A stretch of DNA of 63,612 bases, filler included, from Licmophora abbreviata (Eukaryota), in the NCBI GenBank assembly GCA_900291995.1. It is 22 parts of 22 records of this genome, joined end to end, with 100 filler letters (N's around TTAATTAATTAA, not from the genome) between each part and the next. Parts side by side here need not be neighbours in the genome. Positions count along the whole stretch, not along the records: positions 1 to 6,350 come from OLMU01005038.1; positions 6,451 to 11,421 come from OLMU01005042.1; positions 11,522 to 15,523 come from OLMU01005043.1; 19 more parts are not named here. One strand, 5' to 3'. The translations under genes were made by a program, and so were the position numbers. This document shows positions 1-15,214 of this stretch, piece after piece. The notes below the pieces were generated by a model, which saw only the letters and a list, made by a program, of their open reading frames with translations, had not been told where the DNA came from and did no database searches. Within the stretch, counting starts at the first letter, position 1. Each line of letters opens with the position of its first letter.

Positions 1-182
1 GACGCGTCGGTGCGCGCCAGCCCGTGCAGCATCACCACGCAATCGGTGGCGCCGGGGCCGGGCTGATCGGCAGGGGGATCGGCAGGCTGATCGGCGGGGG
101 CGGTGTCCTGGGCTGCGAGGGGTGCGGCAAGGGGCGCGACCGTGAGCAGCAGCAGGGCAAGGGCGGTGAGCATTGCTTTCAT
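1..182 (-). CDS. Secreted alpha/beta-fold hydrolase (esterase/lipase-like), 5' part only
   Basis: Manual translation MKAMLTALALLLLTVAPLAAPLAAQDTAPADQPADPPADQPGPGATDCVVMLHGLARTD: signal peptide, Pro-rich linker, then VVxLHG motif; runs off the window. Confidence 0.6.
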   Translation of the reverse strand, partial: MKAMLTALALLLLTVAPLAAPLAAQDTAPADQPADPPADQPGPGATDCVVMLHGLARTDA

Positions 183-254
183 GGCGCCTGAGATAGGCGC
201 ATTTGGCCTCGGACAACAGCCCCAAACGCAGATCGGGGCGGTTTGGCGCGGATC

Positions 255-283
255 AAAAAAGGGCCGCCCCGAAGGACGGCCCC
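255..283 (-). terminator. Rho-independent terminator of groESL
   Basis: Hairpin GGGCCGCCC-CGAA-GGACGGCCC next to A6 (U6 on minus), just downstream of the groEL stop. Confidence 0.8.
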
Positions 284-309
284 GATCATTTTGCGCGATG
301 CGCGGATGA

Positions 310-1968
<1,659 letters not shown>

Positions 1969-2000
1969 CTATCAGTTCAGTATTTTTCGGTGAAAGCGGA

Positions 2001-2288
2001 TCAGGCCATAATGCCCAGGATGTCGCTTTCCTTCATGATGAGCAGCTCTTCACCATCGAGGGTGATTTCGGTGCCCGACCACTTGCCGAACAGAACCTTG
2101 TCGCCGGCCTTGACGGCCATTTCGATCAGTTCGCCACTGTCTTTGCGGGCGCCTTCACCGATGGCGACAACTTCACCCTCTTGGGGCTTTTCTTTCGCGC
2201 TTTCGGGGATGATAAGCCCGCCTGCGGTTTTCTCTTCGCTTTCAACGCGGCGGACGAGCACGCGATCGTGCAGCGGTTTGAATGCCAT
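2001..2288 (-). CDS. groES: Co-chaperonin GroES
   Basis: [12 protein letters not shown]...KTAGGLIIP...ESDILG; 95 aa, with RBS. Confidence 0.99.
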   Translation of the reverse strand: MAFKPLHDRVLVRRVESEEKTAGGLIIPESAKEKPQEGEVVAIGEGARKDSGELIEMAVKAGDKVLFGKWSGTEITLDGEELLIMKESDILGIMA

Positions 2289-2340
2289 GTCTTTGGCTCC
2301 TTGGCTCAAAGTTATTACCTGATGGACCCTCATGGGGCCG

Positions 2341-2367
2341 TTAGCACTCACCCTGTTCGAGTGCTAA
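2341..2367. promoter_or_regulatory. CIRCE element (HrcA operator)
   Basis: Exact TTAGCACTC-N9-GAGTGCTAA upstream of groES. Confidence 0.97.
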
Positions 2368-2374
2368 CGACGGA

Positions 2375-2403
2375 TAGGTAAGGAGTTGCCAAGGGGCTGT
2401 CAA
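2375..2403 (-). promoter_or_regulatory. Putative groESL promoter
   Basis: Minus strand TTGACA-N17-TACCTA immediately upstream of CIRCE. Confidence 0.6.
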
Positions 2404-2458
2404 CGCCCCGTCGCGCATTTTTTGCACGCCGCAAGATTGCCCCCCGAGACAGGGGCCA

Positions 2459-2575
2459 CCAAAGTGTTTCGCGAGAAACCCAGATCACGGATTTTCGCGA
2501 CATGCACTGCGTCGTTCAACCGTTGCATGCGGTCCGTCTTTGGCTGATGCTCAGGGTAAAGGCGGAACGCTTCAG
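2459..2575. repeat. ~118-bp MITE/RIME-like dispersed element, copy 1 (degenerate)
   Basis: Aligns by eye over its full length with the reverse complement of 23208-23325. Confidence 0.85.
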
Positions 2576-2608
2576 CTTTCGTCAAACCCCTTGCCGGAGG
2601 CTTGTCCC

Positions 2609-3601
2609 GTGTCACGTATCCTGTTCGCCCTGCTGCTGTTTCTGGCCCCTGTGAGTGCCGTGGCACAAGCCACGCAATGCGACGGCACCGATCTGATCGC
2701 CGCCCTGCCCCAAGAGGCGCAAGCCGATCTGCGCGCCGAAGCGGACGCGATGCCCTACCCGCAAGGGCTTCTCTGGCGGGCGACGCGGGGTGATACCGAG
2801 ATCACGCTGTTTGGCACCTATCATTTCCCGCATGAGGCGACGGAGGCCCATCTCGAGGCGCTGCGCCCGCTCATCGCGGAGGCCGAGGCGGTCTATCTGG
2901 AGATCTCGAACGCCGATCAGGACGCGATGCAGGAGGCGCTGGCGGAAGATCCGTCGCTCATGTTCATCACCGAAGGCCCCACCCTGCCCGATCTGCTGGG
3001 CGAAGACGACTGGGCGCTCTTCGCCGAAGAGATGCGCGCCCGCGCGATCCCGCCGTTCTTTGCCGCGAGGTTCAAGCCGGTCTGGGCGGCGATGATGATG
3101 GGGATCGGCCCCTGCGAGGCGCGCAATGGCGCCATGGACGGGGACGGCATCGACCATCTGATTGGGGTGTATGCCGGCGAGCTGGGCAATCCGTCGCGCT
3201 CGCTTGAAAATTTCCGGGTGCTGATGGGCATGCTGGACGAGTTCGAGATGGACGAGCAACTTGAAATGATCCGGCTGTTCTTTGCCTGGACGGGCAGCCC
3301 GGACGACATGGCCTATACGCTGCGCCAGAGATATCTGGCCGAGGAGATCGCGTTGATCTGGGCCTATTCCAAGAGGGTGTCTCTGGACTTCGGGGGCGAC
3401 AGCGCGGCACGGGATTTCGAGCAGTTCGAAGAGATGCTGCTGACCCGGCGCAACACCGACTGGATCGAGGTGCTGAGCGCCGCCCCGGAACGTCGGCTGT
3501 TCGTGGCGGCGGGTGCGGCGCATCTGCCGGGCGAGACAGGCGTTTTGCGCCTGCTGGAAAACGAGGGGTTCACGATCGAGCGTCTGCCGTTCGATCCGTG
3601 A
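2609..3601 (+). CDS. TraB/GumN family protein
   Basis: GTG start after GGAGG; signal peptide; LFGTYH, RRNxDW, FVAAGAAHLPGExGV motifs. Confidence 0.85.
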   Translation: MSRILFALLLFLAPVSAVAQATQCDGTDLIAALPQEAQADLRAEADAMPYPQGLLWRATRGDTEITLFGTYHFPHEATEAHLEALRPLIAEAEAVYLEISNADQDAMQEALAEDPSLMFITEGPTLPDLLGEDDWALFAEEMRARAIPPFFAARFKPVWAAMMMGIGPCEARNGAMDGDGIDHLIGVYAGELGNPSRSLENFRVLMGMLDEFEMDEQLEMIRLFFAWTGSPDDMAYTLRQRYLAEEIALIWAYSKRVSLDFGGDSAARDFEQFEEMLLTRRNTDWIEVLSAAPERRLFVAAGAAHLPGETGVLRLLENEGFTIERLPFDP

Positions 3602-4244
3602 TCTCGGCCCGGCCTGCATCGCTGAGCGCATAGACGCCGCGCGCGACACGCGCGAACCAGCCGTGGTGGTTGTCGGCCATGATCCGTGTCGCACGCCCCA
3701 CACCGGTCGCGCGGGCCACCGCAGCCCCCTGCAAGGGGCCATGCGCCGCCAGATGCGCCACACAGCGCAGCGCGTCCTGCCGGTAGGCGGTCATCACCTG
3801 CCCCCGCGTGCCCCCGGAATTGGGATCGCCCTCGCGCGCTGCGAACTCGCCCAGAAGGGCGGCGCGGCGGCGGGCCGACCGGCGCTGCACAAAGGGTGCT
3901 GGATCGCAATGCAGCTGCACGAAGCCGTCCTCGGTGCGCACGCTGAGCACGCCCAGCCCGAGACGGCGGCAGAGGCCCAGATTGCCCTTGAACGCCCGCC
4001 AGCCCGCCCGGCCCCGCCAGCGCGGCACCGCGACATAGACACAATCGGTGATCGCCTGACGGGCCACGGCCTGTTGCAGAAGGGTCAGCGAAAAGCCGGT
4101 TTTCAACTCGACCACCACAGGCTCGGCGCCGTCGCGAATGGCCAGCACGTCAGCCGCGCCCACCTCGGCCTTGACGGTATAGCCGAGCGTTTCAAGCCAT
4201 GTCTTGACGGGGGGATACAGCGCGGTTTCGGCGGGTTTGCTCAT
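3570..4244 (-). CDS. DUF2161-family putative PD-(D/E)XK nuclease-like protein
   Basis: ETALYPPVK..GYTVKAEV..DV..VVVELK..LLQQA; C-terminal MTAYRQDAL...NHHGWFARVARGVY. Confidence 0.8.
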   Translation of the reverse strand: MSKPAETALYPPVKTWLETLGYTVKAEVGAADVLAIRDGAEPVVVELKTGFSLTLLQQAVARQAITDCVYVAVPRWRGRAGWRAFKGNLGLCRRLGLGVLSVRTEDGFVQLHCDPAPFVQRRSARRRAALLGEFAAREGDPNSGGTRGQVMTAYRQDALRCVAHLAAHGPLQGAAVARATGVGRATRIMADNHHGWFARVARGVYALSDAGRAEITDRTADARS

Positions 4245-4339
4245 CCTCGCAAAATGGCCGCAACGCGCATGGGTGACAAGCCCGCCCTGCCCTCATATAA
4301 GGCGCGCAAATCCGATCCAAACCCGTAAGGACAGTGACA

Positions 4340-5260
4340 ATGACGACGCTTGTTTTCGGCCACAAATCCCCCGACACCGATTCCACCGGATCGCCGATCC
4401 TGTGGGCCTGGTATCTGAGCGAGGTGACAGGCACCGACGCCGAGCCGGTTCTTCTGGGCGAGCCCAACACCGAGGCCGCCTTCATGCTGGAGCGCTGGTC
4501 GCTGCCCAAGCCGCGCATCATCACCGATGTCGAGCCCGGCCAGCCTTGCGTGATCGTCGACACCAACAACCCCGCCGAACTGCCGGGTGCGATCAACGAG
4601 GCCGATATTCAAGGGATCATCGACCATCACAAGCTGGTGGGCGGGCTGGAGACCAAAGGCCCGATCGACATCACCGTGCGCCCGCTGGCCTGCACCGCGA
4701 CGATCATGGTCGATCTGATGGGCGAGCATGCCGCCCGGATGCCCGACGCCATGAAAGGCGCGGCGCTGACCTGCATCCTGTCGGACACGCTTGAGTTCCG
4801 CAGCCCCACCACCACCGCGCATGACCGCGCCGTGGCCGAGCGTCTGGCCGCCGATCTGGGGGTCGATATCGCCAGCTATGCCGCCGAGATGTTCGCCGCG
4901 AAATCCGATGTGTCGGCGTTTTCGGATGCCGAGCTGTTGCGCATGGACAGCAAGGAATACGCGGTTGCCGGCACGAAATTCCGCGTCTCGGTGCTGGAGA
5001 CGACGGCGCCTGTCACGGTGCTCGATCGCAAGGACAGCCTGATGCAGAGCATGCAGACCGTCGCCGCCGAAGATGGCGTGGATCAGGTTCTGCTGTTTGT
5101 GGTGGATATCCTGAACGAAGAGGCCACGCTGCTGGTGCCCAACGATCTGGTCAAGACGCTGGCCGAGAAGAGCTTTGGCGCAAGCGTCGCGGGCGACCAT
5201 GTGGTGCTTCCCGGCGTGATGAGCCGCAAGAAGCAAATCATCCCCAACCTCGCTCTCTGA
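4340..5260 (+). CDS. ppaC: Mn-dependent inorganic pyrophosphatase (DHH family II)
   Basis: GHKSPDTDS, DHH, SDTL, SRKKQ motifs. Confidence 0.95.
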   Translation: MTTLVFGHKSPDTDSTGSPILWAWYLSEVTGTDAEPVLLGEPNTEAAFMLERWSLPKPRIITDVEPGQPCVIVDTNNPAELPGAINEADIQGIIDHHKLVGGLETKGPIDITVRPLACTATIMVDLMGEHAARMPDAMKGAALTCILSDTLEFRSPTTTAHDRAVAERLAADLGVDIASYAAEMFAAKSDVSAFSDAELLRMDSKEYAVAGTKFRVSVLETTAPVTVLDRKDSLMQSMQTVAAEDGVDQVLLFVVDILNEEATLLVPNDLVKTLAEKSFGASVAGDHVVLPGVMSRKKQIIPNLAL

Positions 5261-5281
5261 GCAAGGCCGGGTTTTGGTTCG

Positions 5282-5309
5282 AGGGGCGTCCCGAGGGGCG
5301 CCCCTTTTT
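5282..5309 (+). terminator. Rho-independent terminator of ppaC
   Basis: AGGGGCGTCC-CGAG-GGGCGCCCCT followed by a T run. Confidence 0.75.
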
Positions 5310-5320
5310 CTGTGTCTGGA

Positions 5321-5812
5321 TCAGAGCGCCTGTTTGGGCCGCACCACGTGGAAGGCGCCGTGCATGTAGGTGAGCGGCCGTTCCCCGGCATTGGAAATCC
5401 CCGACACCGCCCCGATGCAGATCTGATGCGTGGCGTGGTTGTAGGTTTTCTGCAGCGTGCAGGTAAAGGCCGTGGCCCGTGGCAGGATCGGCCCGAATTC
5501 GTTGGGCGTGGCGATGACGCCATGAAAGCGATCGGGGTTTTCATGGTCGAACGCCCCCGCGAAGCGCTGCGCCACATCCACCGCATCCTCGGGCAGGACA
5601 TTGACGGTGAAGGTGCCGTTATCGGCCACCGCAAGCGCGATCCGGCTATCGGCCTTGAGGCACACGAGCACCGCCGGAGGATCGGCGGAAAGCGAGGTGA
5701 AGGCGCTGACCGTCGCCCCCATCAGCCCGCCCGGCCCATCGGTGGTGACAACGGTCACCGTCGTCGCCACCTGCCGCATCGCCGCGACAAACGCATCCCG
5801 CGCGGCGGTCAT
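5321..5812 (-). CDS. Flavin reductase-like domain protein
   Basis: FVAAMRQVATTVTVVTT...GATVSAFTSLSADPP...THQICIG...PLTY. Confidence 0.9.
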   Translation of the reverse strand: MTAARDAFVAAMRQVATTVTVVTTDGPGGLMGATVSAFTSLSADPPAVLVCLKADSRIALAVADNGTFTVNVLPEDAVDVAQRFAGAFDHENPDRFHGVIATPNEFGPILPRATAFTCTLQKTYNHATHQICIGAVSGISNAGERPLTYMHGAFHVVRPKQAL

Positions 5813-6091
5813 GCCTGCACCCCGGTTTCGAGTTCTGGCCGTGTCATTCAATTTCCATTCCCTTGGTTTTCGCCGCGCGGCCCGATACGCCGATATGTGC
5901 GCGGCCATGCCTTGTGCAACAGATAGAGAGTTTGCCGCCGATGCCCAAATCTTTCTTGGGAAAACATTGCGGCCCGGTGTGGTCCGGTGGGTTCTGCGCC
6001 CCGGACCGCGAGATTTTTCAAGGTGGCCATTGGCGCACGGGCCTGCCATAGCTGAGGCGTTTTTCGTCCCCAAGCTGCGCAGGCCCGTTCC

Positions 6092-6350
6092 ATGACCCAG
6101 ATCATCCAGTCGCTCTCCGAGATTTCCGACCGTTACGACGCGCTCTTCGTCGATCTGTGGGGGTGCCTGCATAATGGCGTGACCGCCTTTCCCGAGGCGG
6201 TCGCGGCCTTGCGGGCCTATCGCGAGGGCGGCGGGACGGTGGTGCTGGTGACCAATTCGCCGCGCCCCCGCGCCGGGGTTGAAAAGCAGCTTGTGAGCTT
6301 CGACGTGCCGACCGATTGCTGGGATGTCATCACCACATCAGGCGACAGCG
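6092..6350 (+). CDS. HAD-superfamily hydrolase (class IIA, TIGR01459-like), partial
   Basis: FVDLWGCLHNG, VTNSPR, TTSGD; truncated by linker. Confidence 0.85.
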
Positions 6351-6450
6351 NNNNNNNNNNNNNNNNNNNNNNNNNNNNNNNNNNNNNNNNNNNNTTAATT
6401 AATTAANNNNNNNNNNNNNNNNNNNNNNNNNNNNNNNNNNNNNNNNNNNN
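6351..6450. other. Artificial 100-nt contig linker (first of 21)
   Basis: N-run, TTAATTAATTAA, N-run. Others start at 11422, 15524, 17481, 20074, 23645, 26484, 29790, 37524, 38815, 41134, 43878, 45466, 46616, 48727, 50358, 52397, 55076, 56894, 59585, 62292. Confidence 0.99.
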
Positions 6451-6513
6451 GTCTGCGACTGGTCGGTCAGCGAGGCGGCGATCGACAGCTTCGTGGACGC
6501 CGCCCGCTTCTGA
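6451..6513 (+). CDS. C-terminal fragment, possibly threonine-aldolase/beta-eliminating lyase family
   Basis: [20 protein letters not shown]; only 20 aa visible. Confidence 0.35.
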   Translation, partial: VCDWSVSEAAIDSFVDAARF

Positions 6514-6528
6514 GCGGCCAGCCCCGCG

Positions 6529-6601
6529 TTTCTTCTGGCCTGAAATATCCCGGGGGAGTCGTTGAAATCCCCCAAGGATTTCAACGGCGGGGGCTGGCCC
6601 C
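6529..6601. repeat. REP-like composite repeat (22-bp motif, GTTGAAATCC/GGATTTCAAC hairpin, GGGGGC-N-GCCCCC hairpin)
   Basis: Reverse complement matches 24272-24321 plus 24438-24459. Confidence 0.8.
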
Positions 6602-6614
6602 CAAAATGCCCCGC

Positions 6615-7460
6615 TCAGACCTCGTCGAAAAACCGCTGCAGTTCCGAGGCCACCTGGCGCGGATGGGTGATCGGCGCCATATGGCCCGCACCACCGATCA
6701 TCGCGCGCGCAGCATGCGGCAGGCGCGCGGCCAACCCTTCGGTGATCGCTTCGGTGATCGCGGGCGAGGCGCTGCCGCCCAGCAACAGCACCGGGCAAGC
6801 GATCCGCTCCAAGGCGCCGGGGGCCAGCACCCCCGCCACATCCTCCATCAAGGCGGGCGCCGCCGCGTCGATCATGGGAATGTCGCGGGCCAGTGCGGCG
6901 CGGGCGGCGGCCGGCAGGCTGTCCCAGTTGCGCCCGTCGCCCCAGATGGCGGTGAATTCCCGCGCCGCGGTCACGGTATCGCCAGCGGCCATGGCGCGCA
7001 CATAGCCAGACATATCCGCCTCGTAGCGGTCTCGAGCCGCGGGATCACCGGCAAAGGCCACGGCGAAGAGCACCGGCTCGATCAGCACCAGCGACCGCAC
7101 CAGATCCGGGCGTTCCACCGCCAGCCGCAGGGACACGGTGGCCCCGAAGGAATGGCCCAGAAGATCGACCGTCCCGGTGGCGATCTCCCCCTGTGCCTCG
7201 GCGGCAAGATCGGTCGCGAAATCAAGCGCCATGGCGGTGCTGAGGCCCTGCACCTCGCCCATGCCGGCTTCCCATGGCGCCGTTTGCCCGTGCCCCGGCA
7301 GATCGAAGGCAATGAGCGTCATCTGCTCGGCGAGCCGGGCACCAAGACCGGCCCAGCTTCCGGCATGGGCCAGCGTGCAATGGATCGCGAGCGCCCGGCG
7401 TGGGCCGTGACCGAATGTCGTCCAATGGGTCTCGACCCCCGCCCGCAGATCGCGCGGCAT
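6615..7460 (-). CDS. Alpha/beta hydrolase
   Basis: DLPGHG, GHSFG nucleophile elbow, GAGHM. Confidence 0.92.
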   Translation of the reverse strand: MPRDLRAGVETHWTTFGHGPRRALAIHCTLAHAGSWAGLGARLAEQMTLIAFDLPGHGQTAPWEAGMGEVQGLSTAMALDFATDLAAEAQGEIATGTVDLLGHSFGATVSLRLAVERPDLVRSLVLIEPVLFAVAFAGDPAARDRYEADMSGYVRAMAAGDTVTAAREFTAIWGDGRNWDSLPAAARAALARDIPMIDAAAPALMEDVAGVLAPGALERIACPVLLLGGSASPAITEAITEGLAARLPHAARAMIGGAGHMAPITHPRQVASELQRFFDEV

Positions 7461-7463
7461 GGC

Positions 7464-8063
7464 TCAGAGCTTGCCCGCCAGATGCAGATCCAGATCCGCC
7501 AGCCTGTCCTGTCCCCAGAAGCTTTGGCCGGTATCGACGACATAGAACGGCGCTCCGAACACATTGTCCGCGACCGCCCGTTCCAGATTGGCGGCGTAGG
7601 TTTCAGCGCCGCTCAGAAGCCCACTATCGGCCAGCGCCGGATCGAACCCCGCCGCCTGCAGACAGTCGCGGATGACCGCATCTTCGGCGATGTCGCGCTC
7701 TTCCAGCCAGCAGGCGCGCAGGATGCTGTGCACCAGCTTGCCCATGTCGCCGCCGCCCGCCTCTTGGGCGGCGATGATCGCATAGGACGAGGGGGCGGCA
7801 TTGGTCGGCCAATGGGCGGGCTGGAGGTTCAGCGCCATCTCCAGCTTGCGGGCCTGACGCGGCAATTCCTGATCGCGATACGCCCGGCGCGAGGGGTGGC
7901 GATCCTTGGGCGCCTGCCCCCCGGTGCGCGGGAAAAGCTGCATGATGTCCAGCGGGCGATAGGTGATGTTGGCGCCATGCCGGTCCGCGATCTCTTCCAG
8001 CCGGTTCCCCGCCAGATAGGCATAGGGCGACAGTGTCGTGAAATAATAGTCGATATAGGCCAT
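7464..8063 (-). CDS. 2-hydroxychromene-2-carboxylate isomerase / GST-kappa-like (DsbA fold)
   Basis: [14 protein letters not shown]...VFGAPFYVV...FWGQDRL. Confidence 0.9.
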   Translation of the reverse strand: MAYIDYYFTTLSPYAYLAGNRLEEIADRHGANITYRPLDIMQLFPRTGGQAPKDRHPSRRAYRDQELPRQARKLEMALNLQPAHWPTNAAPSSYAIIAAQEAGGGDMGKLVHSILRACWLEERDIAEDAVIRDCLQAAGFDPALADSGLLSGAETYAANLERAVADNVFGAPFYVVDTGQSFWGQDRLADLDLHLAGKL

Positions 8064-8171
8064 TTTTGCGGACTCCCCCGTTGGCACAGCTTTGCCCGAC
8101 GCTACGCCCATGCTAAGCGGAGTTCAACGTCACGAATCTGTCATCTGCAGCCACTCCGGGGACATTCCTTC

Positions 8172-9188
8172 ATGCCGACAACGCCCGAGCCGAAACTTAT
8201 CACCGGCAACGCCAACAAACAGCTTTCCACGGCGATCGCCCGCCGCATGTCCATGCATCGCGGCGTGAATGTCGGACTCGTCGATGCCCGGGTCGAGCGG
8301 TTCAACGATCAGGAAATCTTCGTCGAGGTCTACGAGAATGTCCGGGGCGAGGATATGTTCATCGTCCAGTCCACCTCGAACCCGGCGAATGACAACCTGA
8401 TGGAGTTGCTGATCATGTCCGACGCGCTGCGCCGGTCCTCGGCCAAGCGCATCACCGCCGTGATCCCCTATTTCGGCTATGCGCGGCAGGATCGCCGCTC
8501 CAAGGCGCGGACGCCGATCTCGGCCAAGCTGGTGGCGAATATGCTGGTCGGTGCAGGGATCGAACGCATTCTGACGATGGACCTGCACGCCACCCAGATT
8601 CAGGGGTTCTTCGACATCCCCGTGGACAACCTTTATGCGGCACCGGTCTTTGCGCTGGATATCAAGCAGCAATTCAGCAGCGCGATGGATGACGTGATGG
8701 TCGTGTCACCCGATGTGGGCGGTGTGTCGCGGGCGCGCGAGCTGGCCAAGCGGATTCAGGCGCCACTCTCGATCGTGGACAAGCGCCGCGAAAAAGCGGG
8801 CGAGATCGCCGAGATGACCATCATCGGCGAGGTGGCCGGCAAGAAATGCATCATCGTCGATGATATCTGCGATACCGCCGGAACATTGTGCAAGGCGGCG
8901 CAGGTGCTGATGGATAACGGCGCCTCGGAAGTTCACGCCTATATCACGCACGGGGTTCTGTCCGGCCCCGCCGTGGAGCGGATCACCAAATCGGTCATGA
9001 AATCGCTGGTCATCACCGATACGATCCAGCCGACCGAGGCGGTCAAGGGCGCCGCGAACATCCGGATCATCCCCACCGCGCCGATCTTCGCGCAGGCGAT
9101 CCTGAACATCTGGAACGGCACATCGGTGTCGTCGCTCTTCGAAACCGAGACGCTGGAGCCGATCTACGAGGGTCAGTTCGGCGGCTGA
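8172..9188 (+). CDS. prs: Ribose-phosphate pyrophosphokinase
   Basis: [31 protein letters not shown]. Confidence 0.98.
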   Translation: MPTTPEPKLITGNANKQLSTAIARRMSMHRGVNVGLVDARVERFNDQEIFVEVYENVRGEDMFIVQSTSNPANDNLMELLIMSDALRRSSAKRITAVIPYFGYARQDRRSKARTPISAKLVANMLVGAGIERILTMDLHATQIQGFFDIPVDNLYAAPVFALDIKQQFSSAMDDVMVVSPDVGGVSRARELAKRIQAPLSIVDKRREKAGEIAEMTIIGEVAGKKCIIVDDICDTAGTLCKAAQVLMDNGASEVHAYITHGVLSGPAVERITKSVMKSLVITDTIQPTEAVKGAANIRIIPTAPIFAQAILNIWNGTSVSSLFETETLEPIYEGQFGG

Positions 9189-9257
9189 CGCCCCCACCGC
9201 GAAGCACGCCGGCCCCGCACGGGCCGGCAACGACCTTCCCAGCGGGCAGAGCGGGTG

Positions 9258-9608
9258 TCAGTAAAGCTGCCAGTCGTCCTCGTGCCGCACTTCGCCAATG
9301 GCCATCCAGCGGATACGCGAGCGCGCCACGCGGGTATCGCCCCATGTGCGGAACACGATGTCGAACCCGATTTCGGTGATCTTCTCGGCTGCCACATCGG
9401 CGCGCGCATTCGTGGCGCTGTCCATATCCCACATCGACAACGAGACATGCACCACGGGCGGGGTCTTGAACGGTTCGGAAAACAGCAGGCTCTTGCGGCG
9501 TGCACGGGGGCCATCGCCGGTCCACATGACGCCACCATCCTCGTAATCCGAGAACAGCACGTCTTCGCCTTGATCTATCCCGATGGTGCGGCTCGTAAGA
9601 TGCTTCAT
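9258..9608 (-). CDS. H-type lectin domain protein
   Basis: FSEPFKTPPVVHVSLSMWD...NARAD...ITEIGF...TWGDT...WMAIG pattern. Confidence 0.75.
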   Translation of the reverse strand: MKHLTSRTIGIDQGEDVLFSDYEDGGVMWTGDGPRARRKSLLFSEPFKTPPVVHVSLSMWDMDSATNARADVAAEKITEIGFDIVFRTWGDTRVARSRIRWMAIGEVRHEDDWQLY

Positions 9609-9664
9609 GTTCTCAACCTGTCATCGAAGCGAGACTAGTATCGGTTTGGGGCGAAATTTGGAAC

Positions 9665-9700
9665 CAAAAAAGGAAAAGGGCCCACAATGGAGCCCTTTTC
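9665..9700 (-). terminator. Terminator of the atp operon
   Basis: GAAAAGGGC...GCCCTTTTC stem with a U-rich tail on minus. Confidence 0.75.
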
Positions 9701-9722
9701 GACATCCGGAACCGGGCTGCGC

Positions 9723-10148
9723 TCAGTTGGGCGACAGGCCGATGTGATCGCCCATGGCAACCATGTCGGCCAAAAGCTTGGCCGCGTCGTCCACCGGGCC
9801 GGGCTCGTTGACGAAGGTTTCCTGCGCCTTGGCCAGCTTGTCGGTCGCTTCGTCCACCAGCGCCTTGTACTGCGCCTGCGTGATCTCGTCGCGCGGGATC
9901 GCACGCTCGGCAAGCACCGAGACGCTGCCGCCGTCGATCTCGGCGAAGCCGCCTGTCACGACGTAATCAGCGGTCCCGTTCGGACCGGTCACCGTCACGA
10001 TGCCGGGGCGCAGGGTCGTGATGAGCGGGCTGTGCTGGGCCATGGCCGTCAGGTCGCCTTCCGCGCCGGGAATGCGAACTTCGGTCGCGTCCACCGACAC
10101 CAGACGCCGCTCGGGCGACACCAGATCGAAATGCACTGTATCAGCCAT
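9723..10148 (-). CDS. atpC: ATP synthase epsilon subunit
   Basis: [27 protein letters not shown]. Confidence 0.97.
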   Translation of the reverse strand: MADTVHFDLVSPERRLVSVDATEVRIPGAEGDLTAMAQHSPLITTLRPGIVTVTGPNGTADYVVTGGFAEIDGGSVSVLAERAIPRDEITQAQYKALVDEATDKLAKAQETFVNEPGPVDDAAKLLADMVAMGDHIGLSPN

Positions 10149-10218
10149 TCATGGGCCTCCTTGTGAGGCCCCCGCAAGCGCCGGACGGTTGGTCCGGCAC
10201 GCACGGGGGCAGCAGTCA

Positions 10219-11765
<1,547 letters not shown>

Positions 11766-11785
11766 ATCTCGTCTCTCCGGTTTCG

Positions 11786-12670
11786 TCAGAGCGCCTCGGC
11801 GCCCGAAATGATTTCAATAAGCTCGTTCGTGATGACGGCCTGACGCGAGCGGTTATACTCGATTGTCAGCTTGTCGATCATATCGCCGGCATTGCGGGTG
11901 GCGTTGTCCATCGCGGACATCCGTGCACCCTGTTCCGAGGCCCCGTTCTCCAGCAAGGCGCTGAAGATCGCCGTGGCCACGCCGCGCGGCAGAAGATCGG
12001 CAAGGATCGCCTCCTCGTCGGGCTCATAGTCGTAGACGACGCCCGCTTCAGGGGCATCATCGGCGGCAGCTTGGTCCACTTCGAACGGGATCACCTGCTG
12101 CATCGTCGGGATTTGGCTCACGACGTTCTCGAACTTCGAATAGAAGATCTTGGCGACATCGAATTCGCCCGCATCGAAGCGGTCCAGAACCTCGGCGGCG
12201 ATCGCCTGGGCGTCCGCATATCCGATATTCTTGACCTCGCTCAGATCGACATGGTGGATGAAGTGATCGCGCAGGTCGCGCTTGAGCGCGTCGCGCCCCT
12301 TCTTGCCCACTGTGATGATCTTGACGGTCTTGCCCTTGGCCAGCAGTTTTTCCGCCTCGACCCGCGCCTTCTTGGCGATGTTCGAGTTGAAGCCACCGCA
12401 GAGACCACGCTCGGCGGTCATGACCACCAGCAGATGAACGTCATCCGACCCGGTCCCGCGCAACAGACGCGGTGCGCTGTCGCTGTCGCCCACAGAGGCG
12501 GCCAGCTTGCCCATCACCGCGTTGAAACGCTCGGTGTAGGGACGCGACATTTCTGCCGCGTCCTGCGCACGACGCAATTTCGCCGCGGCCACCATCTGCA
12601 TGGCCTTGGTGATCTTGCGGGTCGATTTGACCGACGCGATCCGGTTTTTCAGGTCCTTGAGATTCGGCAT
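11786..12670 (-). CDS. atpG: ATP synthase gamma subunit
   Basis: [29 protein letters not shown]. Confidence 0.99.
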   Translation of the reverse strand: MPNLKDLKNRIASVKSTRKITKAMQMVAAAKLRRAQDAAEMSRPYTERFNAVMGKLAASVGDSDSAPRLLRGTGSDDVHLLVVMTAERGLCGGFNSNIAKKARVEAEKLLAKGKTVKIITVGKKGRDALKRDLRDHFIHHVDLSEVKNIGYADAQAIAAEVLDRFDAGEFDVAKIFYSKFENVVSQIPTMQQVIPFEVDQAAADDAPEAGVVYDYEPDEEAILADLLPRGVATAIFSALLENGASEQGARMSAMDNATRNAGDMIDKLTIEYNRSRQAVITNELIEIISGAEAL

Positions 12671-12685
12671 TGCCTTATCTCCCCC

Positions 12686-14224
<1,539 letters not shown>

Positions 14225-14785
14225 TTATCCGACCTCTTTCATTGCATTCTGTAGGGAATTCAGGCGCGAGCGGATCGAGGTGTCGATCATTTTCGAGCCC
14301 ACCTTTACGACGAGACCGCCGATGAGACTTTCATCGACGGTCGCATTGATCTTGACGTCCTTGCCGACACGCGCGGTCAGCGTCTTGGCCAGCTTTTCGG
14401 ACTGCGCCTTGGTCAGCGCCTTGGCGCTGGTCACATCGGCGGTCACTTCACCCTTGTCGTCGGCGATCATGGCGCTGAGATGCTGCAGCAGCTGCGGCAG
14501 AACGAACAGACGACGCTTGCCCGCCATGACCGCCAAGCCATTGGCCATGACGGTCTCGAGCTTCATTTTCTTGGCGATCGCATCCATGACCTTGGCCTGA
14601 TCGGCCCGTGCCAGAACGGGCGACGAGATCACGTCGCGCAATTCCGCACTTTCGGCCAGTGCGGCACGCAGATCGTCGATGTTGGATTCAAGCTTGGGCA
14701 GAGACTTGCTCTCTTTCGCAATCTCGAAAATGGCGGTGGCATAGCGCTCGGCGATGCCGGAGGAGATCGAAGCTGGTTCGGACAC
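14225..14785 (-). CDS. atpH: ATP synthase delta subunit
   Basis: GTG start; ERYATAIF...[17 protein letters not shown]. Confidence 0.96.
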   Translation of the reverse strand: MSEPASISSGIAERYATAIFEIAKESKSLPKLESNIDDLRAALAESAELRDVISSPVLARADQAKVMDAIAKKMKLETVMANGLAVMAGKRRLFVLPQLLQHLSAMIADDKGEVTADVTSAKALTKAQSEKLAKTLTARVGKDVKINATVDESLIGGLVVKVGSKMIDTSIRSRLNSLQNAMKEVG

Positions 14786-15214
14786 GTCCACCCTTCCGAT
14801 TTTCTGGCCCCGGGTTGCAGTACGACGGATCGCGCCGTCCCGGGGGAGTTGACAGGCGTTCAAGTTTTCAAAACACCGGAATTCGGCGTGGGTGTAGCAG
14901 AGCCTTGCGCACCTAGCAAGCTGCACGATCCGCGTTACCTGAAGCTGAATTTTCAATTATTTCAGATACTTGCCGATACTGCGACCGTTTGCGCTCATTT
15001 TACCTACCGAAAAAGTCGCGAATTTCCACATATTTCGCGATTCCTGTGCACAAGCCCTGTGCAAAACCGTCCCGCAGGCGTTAACGCTATCACCGAGCAG
15101 CCGTCTTTTCCTTGCATCACAAGGCGTGTATTCGGACGCTTTGGCAAGGCGCGGCAGTCCCACGGCGCGCCCGCGCTATCCGATCCGTCCCGCACCCGGC
15201 ACAAAAGGCCCTGA

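Noticed and set aside
62..101. 12-bp tandem repeat near the window start
   Set aside because: Encodes a PADQ/PADP low-complexity linker within a CDS
6395..6406. Recurring TTAATTAATTAA palindrome as a biological repeat or CRISPR
   Set aside because: Always embedded in N runs of fixed length; it is a synthetic six-frame-stop linker
8082..8095. Sigma-54 promoter (TGGCACAGCTTTGC)
   Set aside because: GG-to-GC spacing is 9 nt rather than the required 10
6606..9188. 860-aa apparent N-terminally extended Prs
   Set aside because: The first ~520 aa are antisense to two real genes; prs starts at 8172
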